Below, piece by piece: positions 39,005 through 51,490 of a stretch of 64,000 nt of DNA (position 1 is its first letter; each line of letters begins with the position of its first letter). Source of the DNA: Lobosporangium transversale. Taxonomy: Eukaryota. The stretch covers positions 1,116,001-1,180,000 of the forward strand of contig NW_019028982.1 of the NCBI RefSeq assembly GCF_002105155.1. The letters are read 5' to 3'. The translations under genes and the position numbers were made by a program. The notes under the pieces were generated by a model. That model saw only the letters and a list, made by a program, of their open reading frames with translations, had not been told where the DNA came from and ran no database searches.

Positions 39005-39493
39005 GTCGACAACAAAATAGAAACAGATTGTCATTTAAGCTCTCCTTTCTCCATTAGTGAAGAAAAGCCTACAAATCATGCCGTGATCCCTTACATAAAG
39101 ATCTCCATGATTGAAAATAAGAGCAAGACAAACTAGAGCGGACAAATGACGTTGTGAGTTTGCTCGTCCACCTGTGGACACAAGTTCAACAGTTGATAGA
39201 TTGACAGAAACTTGCCTTGAATGCATCATTGGCTTTCTCGTTTGATTTCCTTAGCGACTCAATGAGCTGCTCTTGTTCTAACAAAGAAAATTGTCAGGCG
39301 GTAATAAAAAGCGGTAACATGAAGAAAATAATAATGTCCACAGTAATACAGGCAGATCGGATCCGGTACTGTGTTCATTAGCCAAGATGGTTATAGACTT
39401 ACCATCCTCAGCCATGAACTGTGATTCATCCGACAATGGTTGACCACGAAAGAGAGCCTTTGTGTTGTTGCTTCGGTGTTTTAACTGATCCAT
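38592..39493 (-). CDS. Small (~190 aa) 4-TM membrane protein with C-terminal KxKxx ER-retrieval motif, unknown function
   Basis: Four exons join in frame: MDQLKHR...MAED|EQEQLIESLRKSNEKANDAFK|FVLLLFSIMEIFI|HLGFTAY...LRLEKSQYKLKSA. Intron 2 is GC-AG. Confidence 0.75.
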
Positions 39494-40112
39494 ATTCAGA
39501 TAGAGCAAAAGCGATTGGAGGAATTAAGTAAAGCCTAAGGTGAATGCTAGAATGCAATGAAGGCGATGACAGAGAAGGAATGCGATGAATGTGAAGAAGC
39601 AGAATGAAAGAGGAAGAAAGAAGGAATAACGAAGTGGAGGAGGAGCGGAGGGAGAAGAGAAGGAGGAAGAGTAAGAGTCAGTCAATCATCACACGTTAAA
39701 CTTTTTTTTATATTGAAATGTCACGCGTAATGGCATGGGGGCGTTGAATGTAATTTACTGTGGCTAGACCCCGTGTAAGTAAATACTTCACTCTTTGCAT
39801 TCTAACTTCGCCATTGTTCTCTACCCATTGCCCATTACACCAACCCTAACCACAGAACCCACGGAACTTGTTAGTTCGCTTCCATCCTCATTCCTTTGCT
39901 TTATTTTATTTTTATTTTTATTTTTATTTTTTTTTTTTACTCCTTGGCTTTCCTTCTTTTTGTCCAACACGCGTTCCTGTCTACACCTTCTTTTTCTTTT
40001 TCTTTTTTTTTAGTTAATAGACAAAGGATATCTACAGCTTGCTTTTTTTTTTTTTTGAATCACATCTCGCTCCAACAAAACCTGCTCATTTTTCTACTCA
40101 GGACTTGACTTG

Positions 40113-41724
40113 ATGCCTCCTCAACCAGACAAAGGAAAAACACCAGCTACTGCATCGTCCTCTACATCAGCAACACAAGCTCCATATAATCCCATTGCAA
40201 GGGTCATCTGGGATGGATCCATACCCATCCAATTTTCTTGGGACAAGGCTGAGGCCGCAGCAGTAGGGTCCAATGCTGTCGAATCATTCTTTGTATGTTC
40301 CTCGGATTGCAGCTAAGCAGAGGATTCGACCAAACAGCTTGAAACTTGTCAATGAAGTATCAGTCAACTCAAAACTTTCGTAACTGACTATCAATATATA
40401 TTTTTCTATTTTTTTTAGTATGAAGCACCAAGATGTTCCTATTTTTCACTCCTCACCACCCATGTCAGAAAGCATTTTGTGGATATGGCATTACATTTTA
40501 TTGGGGATGATGCTGAAGTCTGGTACGACTACGAAGGCATTCCATTGAAGTGGTAAGAAAGCTACATCGAAATCATTAACTTTTTTTTTACGCCGTCTTT
40601 TTTTTTTTATTTTATTTTTTTTATGGCTCTTCGCCTTTTCAGAAGCAGATGTTTTTTTTTTGTATCATGGCCTGAGCCACGCTCTCAAGCGACAAAACAA
40701 TCTTTTTAAGCTTTTTTTTATTTTTTATTTTTTATTATTTTTTTTTTCATGTTCACGCTTAATTTATTTTATCGGGACCGGTTCGGTTATTATTTTCTTG
40801 GATCATTTTAAATGATAGGCATTATCCAATTGGACTTTTGTACGACATTCATGGACTTCAGGCATCTGGAGGCAATGCTACAAAAGGATCATTGTTGCCA
40901 TGGAAGATCACAGTGCATTTTCAGAACTTTCCTGCAGATAAATTAATCAAGAGCCAGGCTATTGACAGCTGTCAGGATTACTTTATGTCCATGATCAAGG
41001 AAGTATGTGATGACTGCTATAATACGCAAGACTTATAGTATAAGCTGTCTATTAAACTTTTTTTTTTTTCTTCTTTCTTTTTTAACTGTAGGCCGATTAT
41101 CTACGTAATGGATCCACCAAAAAAGTCATGAATATGTCAAAATCGGATCAAACGCAGCTGTGGGATGGATTGTGGTCAAGTAAGGGTGAATAGGATGTCT
41201 ATGATTCATACACGGATGTCAAGGAACCTTTACTAATGCCTGTTTAACAATGTTATCGTGCCTTATGTTACAATAGACAACTATGATCGGTTTTGGGGTA
41301 TGAATCATAAACTTGTGATGAACGATGGTGTAATGCCCAGGAATCTTCCTATTAGGATATACTTGCCAGAAAACTGTCCCGTTATTCAGGAACCAATCTC
41401 GCCTGTAGATGAAAACAGTAATGAGCATCCAAAAAAAAAAAAAAAAAAAAAAAAAGCACCCATGAAAGAAACGACCAGAGTCCAAAACGTAAAAGTATGA
41501 ATGTTAATGTTACATTACTATCTACACTAGATCAACCAAAGTCACTGCGAAGGATCCTTTATCAATCATTGCCAGATCTTTTTCCTTTGGTGGAAACAGG
41601 ACCGCCAGTAGCGACGGCAATGATTCACGGTATCACCCCTAGTTTAGAGACGAGCGCACTCTGGGCAGCACAAAATATGTCATACCCCGACAACTTTCTG
41701 CACCTGGTTATTATTATCAAATAA
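40113..41724 (+). CDS. ATG5: Autophagy protein 5
   Basis: IWDGSIPIQF, PRCSYF, VWYDYEGIPLKW|HYPIGLLYD, LPWKITVHF, conjugation Lys in FMSMIKE|ADYLRNGS, NLPIRIY and MSYPDNFLHLVI. Confidence 0.96.
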
Positions 41725-42098
41725 GAAAATACACACTTTGCGTATTTGTTATGAAATGGAGAGACGCTATCGTCTTCATTAAATAATAAAAATCGCGCTT
41801 TAATAAGCCTCAGGTCGCTTATAGTTCGCTTCATTTTTATTTTTATTTTTTTTATTTTATTTTTTTTAACGTAATAACAACCGAACAAACAACGTGCAAA
41901 AGGCATTGTTGGAAGCTTTAGTTTGATAAGCTTGAACCTTGAATGATTTGGTTTTAACAAGCAAACTCAAATTCCATTAGACAACTAAATTTGTCGTAGT
42001 ACAAAGATGAATCTCTTGCTTTAAATCCTTGTTAGGATACACAGATACACTCTATTGAATTGTATCTTGTACTACCTTAGGCAAAGCTCGTATGATTA

Positions 42099-42980
42099 CT
42101 ACAAAATCAGCTCCAAGTCCTCATCTTCCTCGTCTGTAACCGAAAGTAGCCTTGATTCATCATCAACCTCGTAGTCAGGCGCCTTCTCTCCAACAGTAAA
42201 GATGCTTGATCCCATACCAGGCCGTGCATTTAATTCCTTAACGCGTTCACAGAGCGCATCAAACTCTGAACGATCTCTGCAGTAGAATGCCAAAAGCATG
42301 GATGGGTCAATTGCACTGATGTCAATCTTGCGGATTGTCTCACAATGGTATGTTGCAAAATCCTAGAAGCACATGCTATAAATAAGTACATTCGTTCAAG
42401 TCGTGGTATTCGGAAACAAAACTAGATATCCATCTTTCTTAAATACCTCCGCGGTGTATGCACTCAGATCTTTGGTTTCCACGATGTTTCGTGAATGATG
42501 AGGATCAAGATAGAACAAATCATCTCCTTGATACCCAACAAAATAATAGGACGACGATGGTCGACCGCTATAATCAAATATCAAGAGAAAAAAAAAAGAC
42601 TTTAGAAATGTATGTTGAACATATGGATGCATGATCAATGGGCTATCGCATTAAAACCATTGTTCTTTACCCTGCAATACCGAGAGACTGTGGAAATTCA
42701 AAGGTTGCCTTGATAGCATCTTTGTAAATGGCGTTGAGTTTATCAATACCCAACCGTATAGTGACCAAAATCAAGAGATGGCCAAAGCTCGCTGTTTTCT
42801 TTTTTGTGGCTATTTCTTCAACCTGGTCTTTATAAATGACACCGTCCGTAGTGACATACACACTGAGTCCGCTCTGTGGAAAGTTGTGAACAAGGGCTCT
42901 AAGAAGGTAGCAGTACAGTAAAGGTGATGTCAGCAATATGAAAATACTACTATCGATCACATTTCTTTTCCCAATTTCTT

Positions 42981-43025
<45 letters not shown>

Positions 43026-44637
43026 GCTTACTGCGTGACTTGACTCGTTGTGGATGGACCAAACCATTCTCCAATGTTTTTACCAAGCTGTTTCCCTAAA
43101 AGTGCTATACGGTGCACTGAAAAAGGAGATTTTGCGTTCATATCATCCAAGAACCACGACAATATCTTAACAAGGAAGGAGAGTTAGTATTAGAGGCAGA
43201 AGAAATAACATTTATAACTGGTCGACTAGATGGACGAGCTTGGCATAAGACCAGACGCTGCCTACCTTAACGTAGATGTCCCACATGGGGTCACCTGGAA
43301 CAGGACGATTCCAGCCTAAGTTTGTATTTTTTTTATTTTTATTTTTATTTTTATTTTTTTTTTTAGTAACAATGATATATGAATATATGAAATACATGAA
43401 CATAAAAAAAAGAATAGATGAACTTACCTCGACCCATAAACTGAACTGCTAAAGCATTTGCCAACAATCCTTGTCCTGATCGGAGCATACATCCCCATCC
43501 AACATCTGTAGTAAAAGTACTTGGTCTGATAGGGGCGTAATTATGTCGATAAGTGCACCAGATCAATCCTGAAGTAAAGTCTCTTTGAAAATCTGCCCAT
43601 TGAGTTGGTGAAGGAGGATAGAGCTTGCCCATCAAATAGATAGGGCTATTATTGTTATTTGATGATGGAGGCGCACATGTTGACGAGCGATTGGCCACAG
43701 GATCGTTGGGTTCATGAACTATTTGTGTTGCCTCATTTTCTAATGTCTGTGCTTTTATAGGTATCGCCTTCTGGTTTGAGCCTCGCTCATATGCATCAAG
43801 CGATGCCCTATTCGATGAAGGTGAGTCGACTTCTCCAAGAGTGTTTGGCTCCTTGCTTGCAATAGTTGATCCCAAAGTATAAGAGTTCGTACGCAAGGCT
43901 TTGGCAGGTCGTGCTTGGCCTGGGTGATGAGTCAAAGACTGAGTTCCAGAGAGAGGCCGCGACGAGTCCTGTGTCACATTAGTCGATGTTGACGTTGATG
44001 GTACTGCAGGTGTTGTAGGAGTAGGAAACCAGGCATTCCATATGTTCACTACATTTTTTTTCAAATCCTGAGCCATGTCCGCAGCACGCTCGCTGTTAGC
44101 TTGTGTCAAACCCAAGTTTGATGCCATTGCTGGCAGTCCTACACCTGAGAGATTGACACTGAAGCGCGACCCAATTTTGGACGACGGTGCCTGCTCTTCC
44201 GTTTGTGACATTTTGTGTGGAGTTTCTAGTTGTAATGGTAATGTCTGCTGCTGTGTCTGCTGCAGTACGGCTTCTGGTTGCCCCTCCGATATTTTCGTTG
44301 CTTGGTCATTATGCTCTTGTGTAGACATTTTCAAATTGCTTGTGCTTTCAAGACAAGGTTGAGACACGTCTGTGTCGTCAGCTTGGGCAGGGCCCGTGCT
44401 CCTGGTAGATGTCGCTGAATTGCCATTATTGGGGATAGTAGACTCGTCAGATAGACCAACTGAAAAACCAGACCCTGCCGCAGCGACCTGATAATGTGAG
44501 GTTGTCACTTCAGGACTTGGCATGGTTTGAAAGCCAATTTGATTGGAAGTGAATTCTGTAGCGGGCACAGTTACGACTGGCTGGTCTTTGGGAGACGCAG
44601 GGGCAGAGGATCCACTGGATTGGATAGTGTGGACCAT
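42099..44637 (-). CDS. ATG4: Cysteine protease Atg4 (peptidase C54) with long disordered N-terminus
   Basis: [26 protein letters not shown] (catalytic Cys), [40 protein letters not shown] (Asp/His) and IDPSMLLAF. Confidence 0.96.
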
Positions 44638-45284
44638 GGCCGTGAAAAAGTAGATAGAATAGCCACAGGGCTCTGTCAATACTGTGGGGCAAGAAAGAGG
44701 GCAAGAGGTGTCTTGGCAGTGTATGTGGAAAGGAATGTGAAGGGAGAAAAAAAAAAGAGAGAGAGAGAGAGAGAGGAAAAGAGAGAATTGAGAAAGAGCT
44801 TCTTTTTGTTTGCATGTAAATAGCTTTATTTGAGGAGCGTGTTGAATGTCACCATATGCTAATGGCAGCGCTACGACATTTCTACGACAACCTTTTTGTT
44901 TTAGACCATGATTTTTTAAAAAAAAGGTGGTATCAAGGGCTTCCAGACAGGAAGCATATTACAGTCTTACAGTCAGGTGTCCAGGTCCTAAGTATGAGAG
45001 GGAAGACACCTCAGTTGGGTCCAGTTCAACAAGTGCTTGATCACGCGGCATGGACGTTCTGTATCTGCACACATTCTCTTTCTCTTACTGCATTCATGAG
45101 CTCAGACTGAGGAAAGGAGACTTTTTTTAACCCCTTCTTTTCTTCTCTCTTTTCTGATCATACCATCCACATCGTCAGCTCCCCTTTCTTTTTCATCTCA
45201 AATATCTTGCCTTACATTCAAAACAAAAAGTATTTTTTGCTTCTTTTATTATCCTTATCTCCCTTTCGCTCAATCATTCAGACC

Positions 45285-47747
45285 ATGGCGGAAACCACTG
45301 AGCAAATTGAAGCTACAACGACACTTACTACTGTTGATCCTGCTACTGCTTCTTCATCAAACCCTACCGAAGACACGTCCATTGTCGATCATCCAATGAC
45401 TGACAAACAATCATCTGCACCAACAGATGATGAAAAGCATCATACTTCACCCCCAGTAGATGCTACGTCAGAGATCGAGCAAGAACATGCTTCTGATTCG
45501 GCCATTTCTTTAAGCATACCTGGTGAGATTGGCAAGGAAAAGTCTAGCAGACCTGAATCAGCTGCAGAGATCACTCAATCTGAAGTGCATATTGCACAAG
45601 ATGAAAACAAGCAACCAAATGATCCGTCAATGGAAACTGATGAGGCCGCCCCTGTCCCAGAGGCTGAATCGACTGCGACTGAAGGACAAGATGATGCGCC
45701 TGTAAACGATTCAAATGATCCAGCCGATCCCTATACTGAGCAGGATGGTACCTATAGAGATACAGAACTTGTATCGGACGTACCTGTACCCGAAGGTGCC
45801 GATGTAGAATCCGGCGCGAATCAAAGTCACCCTGAAGAAGATAGCTCAACGACCCAGACAAATGATAACGCCGCCAAGCCAGTGACTTCAGCGGCACCTC
45901 CATCCGGCAAGACGCATCACACAAATCACCAGAGCAGACATCATCAGCGTGGTGGTCGGGGTGGTTTTCATAACCGCAACAATAACCATAACTTCCAGAA
46001 TAACCGGCCTTTCAACCAGCGCTTCAACAGCAACAATAACAATAGCAACCACCATCACAACCATGGCAACCATAACCATCACGGCAACAACTTCAACAAT
46101 CGCAACAATCATAATAACCATAGCAATTATAACAATCATAACCACAACAATAGCAACAATAGCAACAATTTCAATAACTTCAATAGCTCGAACAACAGCG
46201 GTCCCAATAGCAACAATAGCTATCATGGAGGACCAGGACCTATGCGTCGAGGCGGATACCGAGGTAATAATTTGATCATAATACCATACTCTGTAAAAAA
46301 ATTCGATGTACGACAGAATTTTATCATTGATATAATTTCGAAAAGCGAATGCCTATCCTCTGTTCTGATTGAGTCGTATGTACACCTAAAATCTGAATGA
46401 GCTCACAGAACCATAACGCGTCATCACCTCTCCGTAAATGCTTCAGGTCCAGCTAACTGGACCTTGTTTATCCATGAAGTAAATGCTAACACCATTTTCT
46501 ATCCTATAATTGTATAATACCACCATAGGTACGCAAGATCAGCGGCCTTACCGCCGTGAGGATTTTCGCGGACGACAGCAAGATCATTACCAGCAACGTC
46601 AACGAGATAACTTCGGCAACAATCAGAACAGCTACAATAACAATCATAACAACAATAGCAACTTCAATGGCACTTATAATGGACCTAATCAATATCAGCA
46701 GCCTGCTCATCAACAACAGCAACAGCCATCGCACTTCCAACAACGCCATTCTCAACAACAATCTTCACAGCAGCAGTTCCAGAATGGTCCACCCCATCAC
46801 AACCAAAATCGATTCCAGGGACCTGACCATAATGAACGTCAGCGTCCACAACGAATGCCTCGTGGCCCGCCTCAAGAACCAAACATGCAGCCACCCATGC
46901 AAAACCTCACACCTCCAGCTCAAGGCAGGGCACAAAAGCCTGGATCGATCAAGTCCATTTTTGACTATGCTAAGGGAATGCAATGGGATCGGGTATGTTC
47001 GTTGTCTTAGTCAATTGCGCTTTTAAATTTATGAGCAGATTTCTTATTTTACACTCTTTGCTTTCGGTCTCAATTAAATAGGGCAATCAGCCTCCTGCCG
47101 GGTCACCAGCTGCCAATGGTGTTCAAGATATGTCGTACTACGGCAACGCCAATGCAACACCACAAGCCGCCGGAGCCGCTTATAGCGCTCCTTATGGACA
47201 GGCTGCAGCTCCTAATGTAGCGCCTTTTGGTCAACAGGCTCCTGCCGCTCAAACATATGGTCAGCAAGCTCCAGCACAGCAATACGATGCTTATGCAGCC
47301 CAGGCTCCCGCCGCGACACCTGCCCCTTATCAGCAAGATTGGTATGGTACTGCTGCTCCAGCGAATGCGGTACAGCCTGCAGCCGGCACTGCAGGGCCTG
47401 GTCCTGCTCGTGGGCCTAATGGACGCGATTGGCAAAACTCTGCTGAACAGAGCACGCCGTACAAACGCCCACCTAATGCGGGTCGTGGCGGACGAGGCGG
47501 TGGACGAGGTGGGTTTGCTGGAGCAGGTAATAGAGGAGGGCAACATAATGCTGGATATAACAATCACGCGGCCCTCGCAAATAACAATAACAGCGCTACT
47601 CCTAGCAACACTAGTAGCGTTAATAGTATCCCTCTCAATCAAAACAATGCTGCTACCGCTGGCTACAGTAACGCCAATGGGTACAACGCTCGTCAGCCAC
47701 CCTTGCCTGCTCAACCACCACCACCAGCAGTGCAGCAACAACACCAA

Positions 47748-47800
<53 letters not shown>

Positions 47801-48308
47801 GCAGCAACAAGCGTACTCCCAAGCATATGCTCAAGCATACGGCTATCCAGCTGCAGCTGCGGGTTACCAGCCCACTGCAGCTGGTGCTGCCACATATCCA
47901 GCACAGCCTCAAGCGACCGCATATCCTTCCCAGGCAGCAGGCTACCAAGCTGCAGCTACAGCGTATCCTGCTGGTGCTTCTACTGGATATCCTACTGCTA
48001 CAGCTGTTACAGGTTATCAAGCGGGTAATACTTACCCTACCGCAGCCACCGGCTATCCCGCTCCAGCTACAGGATACCAAAACACAGGTACTGCTACTGC
48101 ATATCCAACAGCGGCAGGTTATCCAACTGCTGCCACAGGGTATCAAGCAGCAGCAACTGCATATCCCGCGGCAGCAGGAGCCTACCCTGCAGCAGCAGCA
48201 ACTGGCTACCAAGCTGCAGCTACTGCCTATCAAACCCCGGCCGCAGGATACCAAGCTCCTGCTACAGGCTACCAAGCCGCAGCAACGGCGTATCCTCCAT
48301 ACCGGTAA
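45285..48308 (+). CDS. Intrinsically disordered prion-like/RGG protein (acidic N-terminus, N/H-rich, Q-rich, Tyr-Ala repeats)
   Basis: Three exons (45285-46263, 46529-46992, 47081-48308) join in frame from an ACCATGG start. RGG boxes, an NH-rich tract, poly-Q and repeated [GA]Y[PQ]xAA[AT] units. No folded domain recognised. Confidence 0.8.
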
Positions 48309-49587
48309 ACAGGAGAAGTTGTTGCTTTATCTCATTTTTGCTATTTTTTTCTTTTCTCTTCTTTTTTTTCTTTTTTCTCTTCATTCTTTCAAAAAGGCAC
48401 GCTTTTGGTTCAACGGCCCTTTTGGTTTTTGTTTTTTTCTGCTTTTTTTCCCCCTTATTATTATTGTTTTTATTATTATTATTACTACCTTTTTTTTTTT
48501 TTTTTTTGTACTTCCACTTTGCTTTCTCTCACTTTTCTGCATCTCCCACGAATGCACATAAAATGCATTCAATGATTCGTCAGGAGCTTGTTGCCTAGAA
48601 GTCACGATAACATCTTGAATCCCTCCATCCCTTCCTAAAACCAGCAATACTTTTTTACATCAAGTTGGATACTGAGTGGCAGGCCATGATGGCACGAAGG
48701 CAGTTTTGGAAGGACACTAGATCGGCGTACCGGCTGGGCAACCATGAAACGTATGGACTGATACATATTCATGAAGGGCTTTATTTCATGAGAGATTGGT
48801 ACTTTGTGCAAAGCAGCACTGTTTTTTAACAAGGGACTCTTCTTTTTGATATCTGTCTATTCATCCACCCATCTTCATGTATGCACGGCAGCGAATGATC
48901 AATACTCTTTTTTTTATTTTTGTTCTGCACCATTATCAACCATATTGGTATTTTCCTTCCTACCACTTCTATCTCTTGCTGATGGCACAATATTTCCGAT
49001 CATGCTCTTGCTAAAACGAGAATGCGCTATCCGACCCCGCTTATTCTCTTTGTTATCCTGCATCTGCATCATTCAAATGCCGCTTGTGTCCCACTACGAA
49101 CTCGGATAAACAGACTATGCGACTTTGCAAACAGAATTGCCTCTTCAAATATCTCTGCTCTTCTCTTCACCACTATATCACTCTTTCCCTTCCCACCTCT
49201 TGCAAGTTGTGCGTTGTATTATAAAGAAAAAAAAAATTCATGAAGACAGATGTCCAAAATTGTGGAGAGAAAAATCGTTTGTGTGGAGTCTATATTTGAT
49301 GATGCTGTGAGATCCACATAGTCCAAGCATTCTTGTTTTCATACTTTCATTACTATTTGTCGCAAACATCTTTATTACAATCAATATGTCCTCGATTCGT
49401 ATATATGAAAACTAAAGGATAAAAACATGTTTTCAACATGGTATATGTGGCATTTTTTTTCCCTGTTAATTTTATGCCTTGAAAATAATAATCATCGTTG
49501 ATTCCCTATCCTTCTTTTGACTTTTACAAGTTCGGACAGCTTAGCTCCATGATATCTAGAATTGCACTTAAAAAATGGCATTTCCCA

Positions 49588-49800
<213 letters not shown>

Positions 49801-50169
49801 TCTCATTTTCCAGTTTATCCATGTTTGATATTTGGAACCTGTACCCCACGTAAAAAAAGTTTTGTTTCAATAAATCACAGCTTGGACCATTTGTAAATTG
49901 GGCAGAAAATCAATATATATCCATAAATGTATACATTGGAGCAATCAATTCTGCATACAAGGGGCTGGCAGAGGAGGCAAAAGCTCTGAAAATCACACAA
50001 GGATGAGTGTGCCGATAAGATTGTGGTAGTGCTAATGTGTATGTTTTAATCCAAAGCTGGATTATTAGCAGAGTACAATCTAGTGTACCTTGGATCATTT
50101 GTAACTTTGGAAGCAGGACTGATCTTAAAAGAGACAACGGCGATTTTATCGAAAGGACGGATTTCTTTA

Positions 50170-50490
50170 ATAGATAAAAGTCTCCGGATAGATGAGCGGA
50201 TTTAAGGAATAGCATGGATTGCCATGCATGCGCAGGGATCAAAGCTAGAAGTTCAATGGGCATATGCAGATCGTAAAGGATCTGCCAAGACACAGCACTA
50301 TGCAAAGCTGTTAGTCAAAGAGCTAGAGAGATAACGTACTGGGTGGGAATTGGATTTTCAGGGGAGGGGTATGATCCATCATGTTACAAGAGAACCATCA
50401 ATTGAAGCGATCTAGAGAACGGTCAAGGCCTTTAGTGAAGGCAGCGAAAGCGGGAATGGACACTATGGAGATTCGTGCAACGCATGAAAT
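50170..50490 (+). mobile_element. Possible highly degenerate Tc1/mariner-type DDE transposase remnant
   Basis: Fragments in three different frames fall in Tc1 motif order: KSLRIDE (cf. KVLFSDE), ITYWVGIGFSGEG...RTIN (cf. VMVWGGIGxxGxG...GTIN) and MEIRATH (cf. MEDGAxxH). Stops and frameshifts are present; no TIRs seen. Confidence 0.3.
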
Positions 50491-51490
50491 TTAATCTATC
50501 GGCTCTTTTACCAAAATGATCAGTATGGGGGTTTTTTTATTAAAATTTGTTAGCAGGTAAAATTCGATTTCTTAAAAAAAAATTGTCGTCAGTACCAGGT
50601 AATGTAGGGTATTTGGATGTACCATCATGGGAGGTTGAGCAAACAGCTTTGTCTCTTCAAATTGGAATACAGTGAAGTAGATGTGGAATGCAGGGAGCTT
50701 AAATATCAAGTGCCATTTGCAGGATTTGAGAAAAGCAAGTTTCAGGATTCCATGTAATAATATGGAAGTGATCTTGAGGAATGTTACCAAGTATTCACAA
50801 AGTGAGGAGGAGGGACCTAACGAAAATTGCTTAATAAATACATGAAGGAAGGCTCTACTTAAAAGCGTATGGATTCTGTGTTGAAAATGCCATGAACGAT
50901 AAAAAAAACAAAAAACAAAAAAGAATGAAAAGAAAAAGCGAATAAAAAGAACAAAAGAAACGGCAACCACTAAAGAGGAGGAGGTTGAGACTCAAAGAGC
51001 AATTGGCGTTCAACAGCGATTCTTTTTGTAGTACTTTTTTGCCTTATTGGGAACACTCAGCAATTCTGTTTCTGCATGAGTTTAAATGAGAGACCATCGA
51101 CCATGCGTTTTTTGGGTGTTGGTGAAACGAAGGTCAAGGTCAGGTCAGCCAGGTCATCCATTTCTTTTTTCTACTTCTTTTTCTTTTCTTTTTTTTTTTC
51201 ATCTTTCTTTCTTTTCTTTCTTTCTATCTTTCCCATCTTTCCATCAATCTTCTTATCTTTCTATCTTTAACTTTCTATTGCTTTTTATTTATTACACTTC
51301 CTTCGCTCGTTCTCACACAACTATTTCCCTTCATCTGATACTAAAGGCCTTTTTAAACTTTTTTTTTTTTTTTTTTTTTTTTTAAAACACTGTCGTCACA
51401 GTTCGGTCATATCTTTAAACGATTCAAGCTAGCCTATCATAGCTGTTCCCCCATTCTTCTTTCCCCTTCACATTAAAACTACCCTGGACA

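Noticed and set aside
47103..48561. Long overlapping ORFs (390 aa on minus; 444 aa alternative plus frame) over the last exon of the prion-like gene
   Set aside because: They are shadows of GCN/CAR/TAY-rich repetitive codons that lack stops in other frames. The translations are poly-L/C/S-type sequence with no splice or start support.
48611..48832. Short stretch open on both strands with moderate GC
   Set aside because: No recognisable protein or RNA family and no splice or start support; could be UTR or chance.
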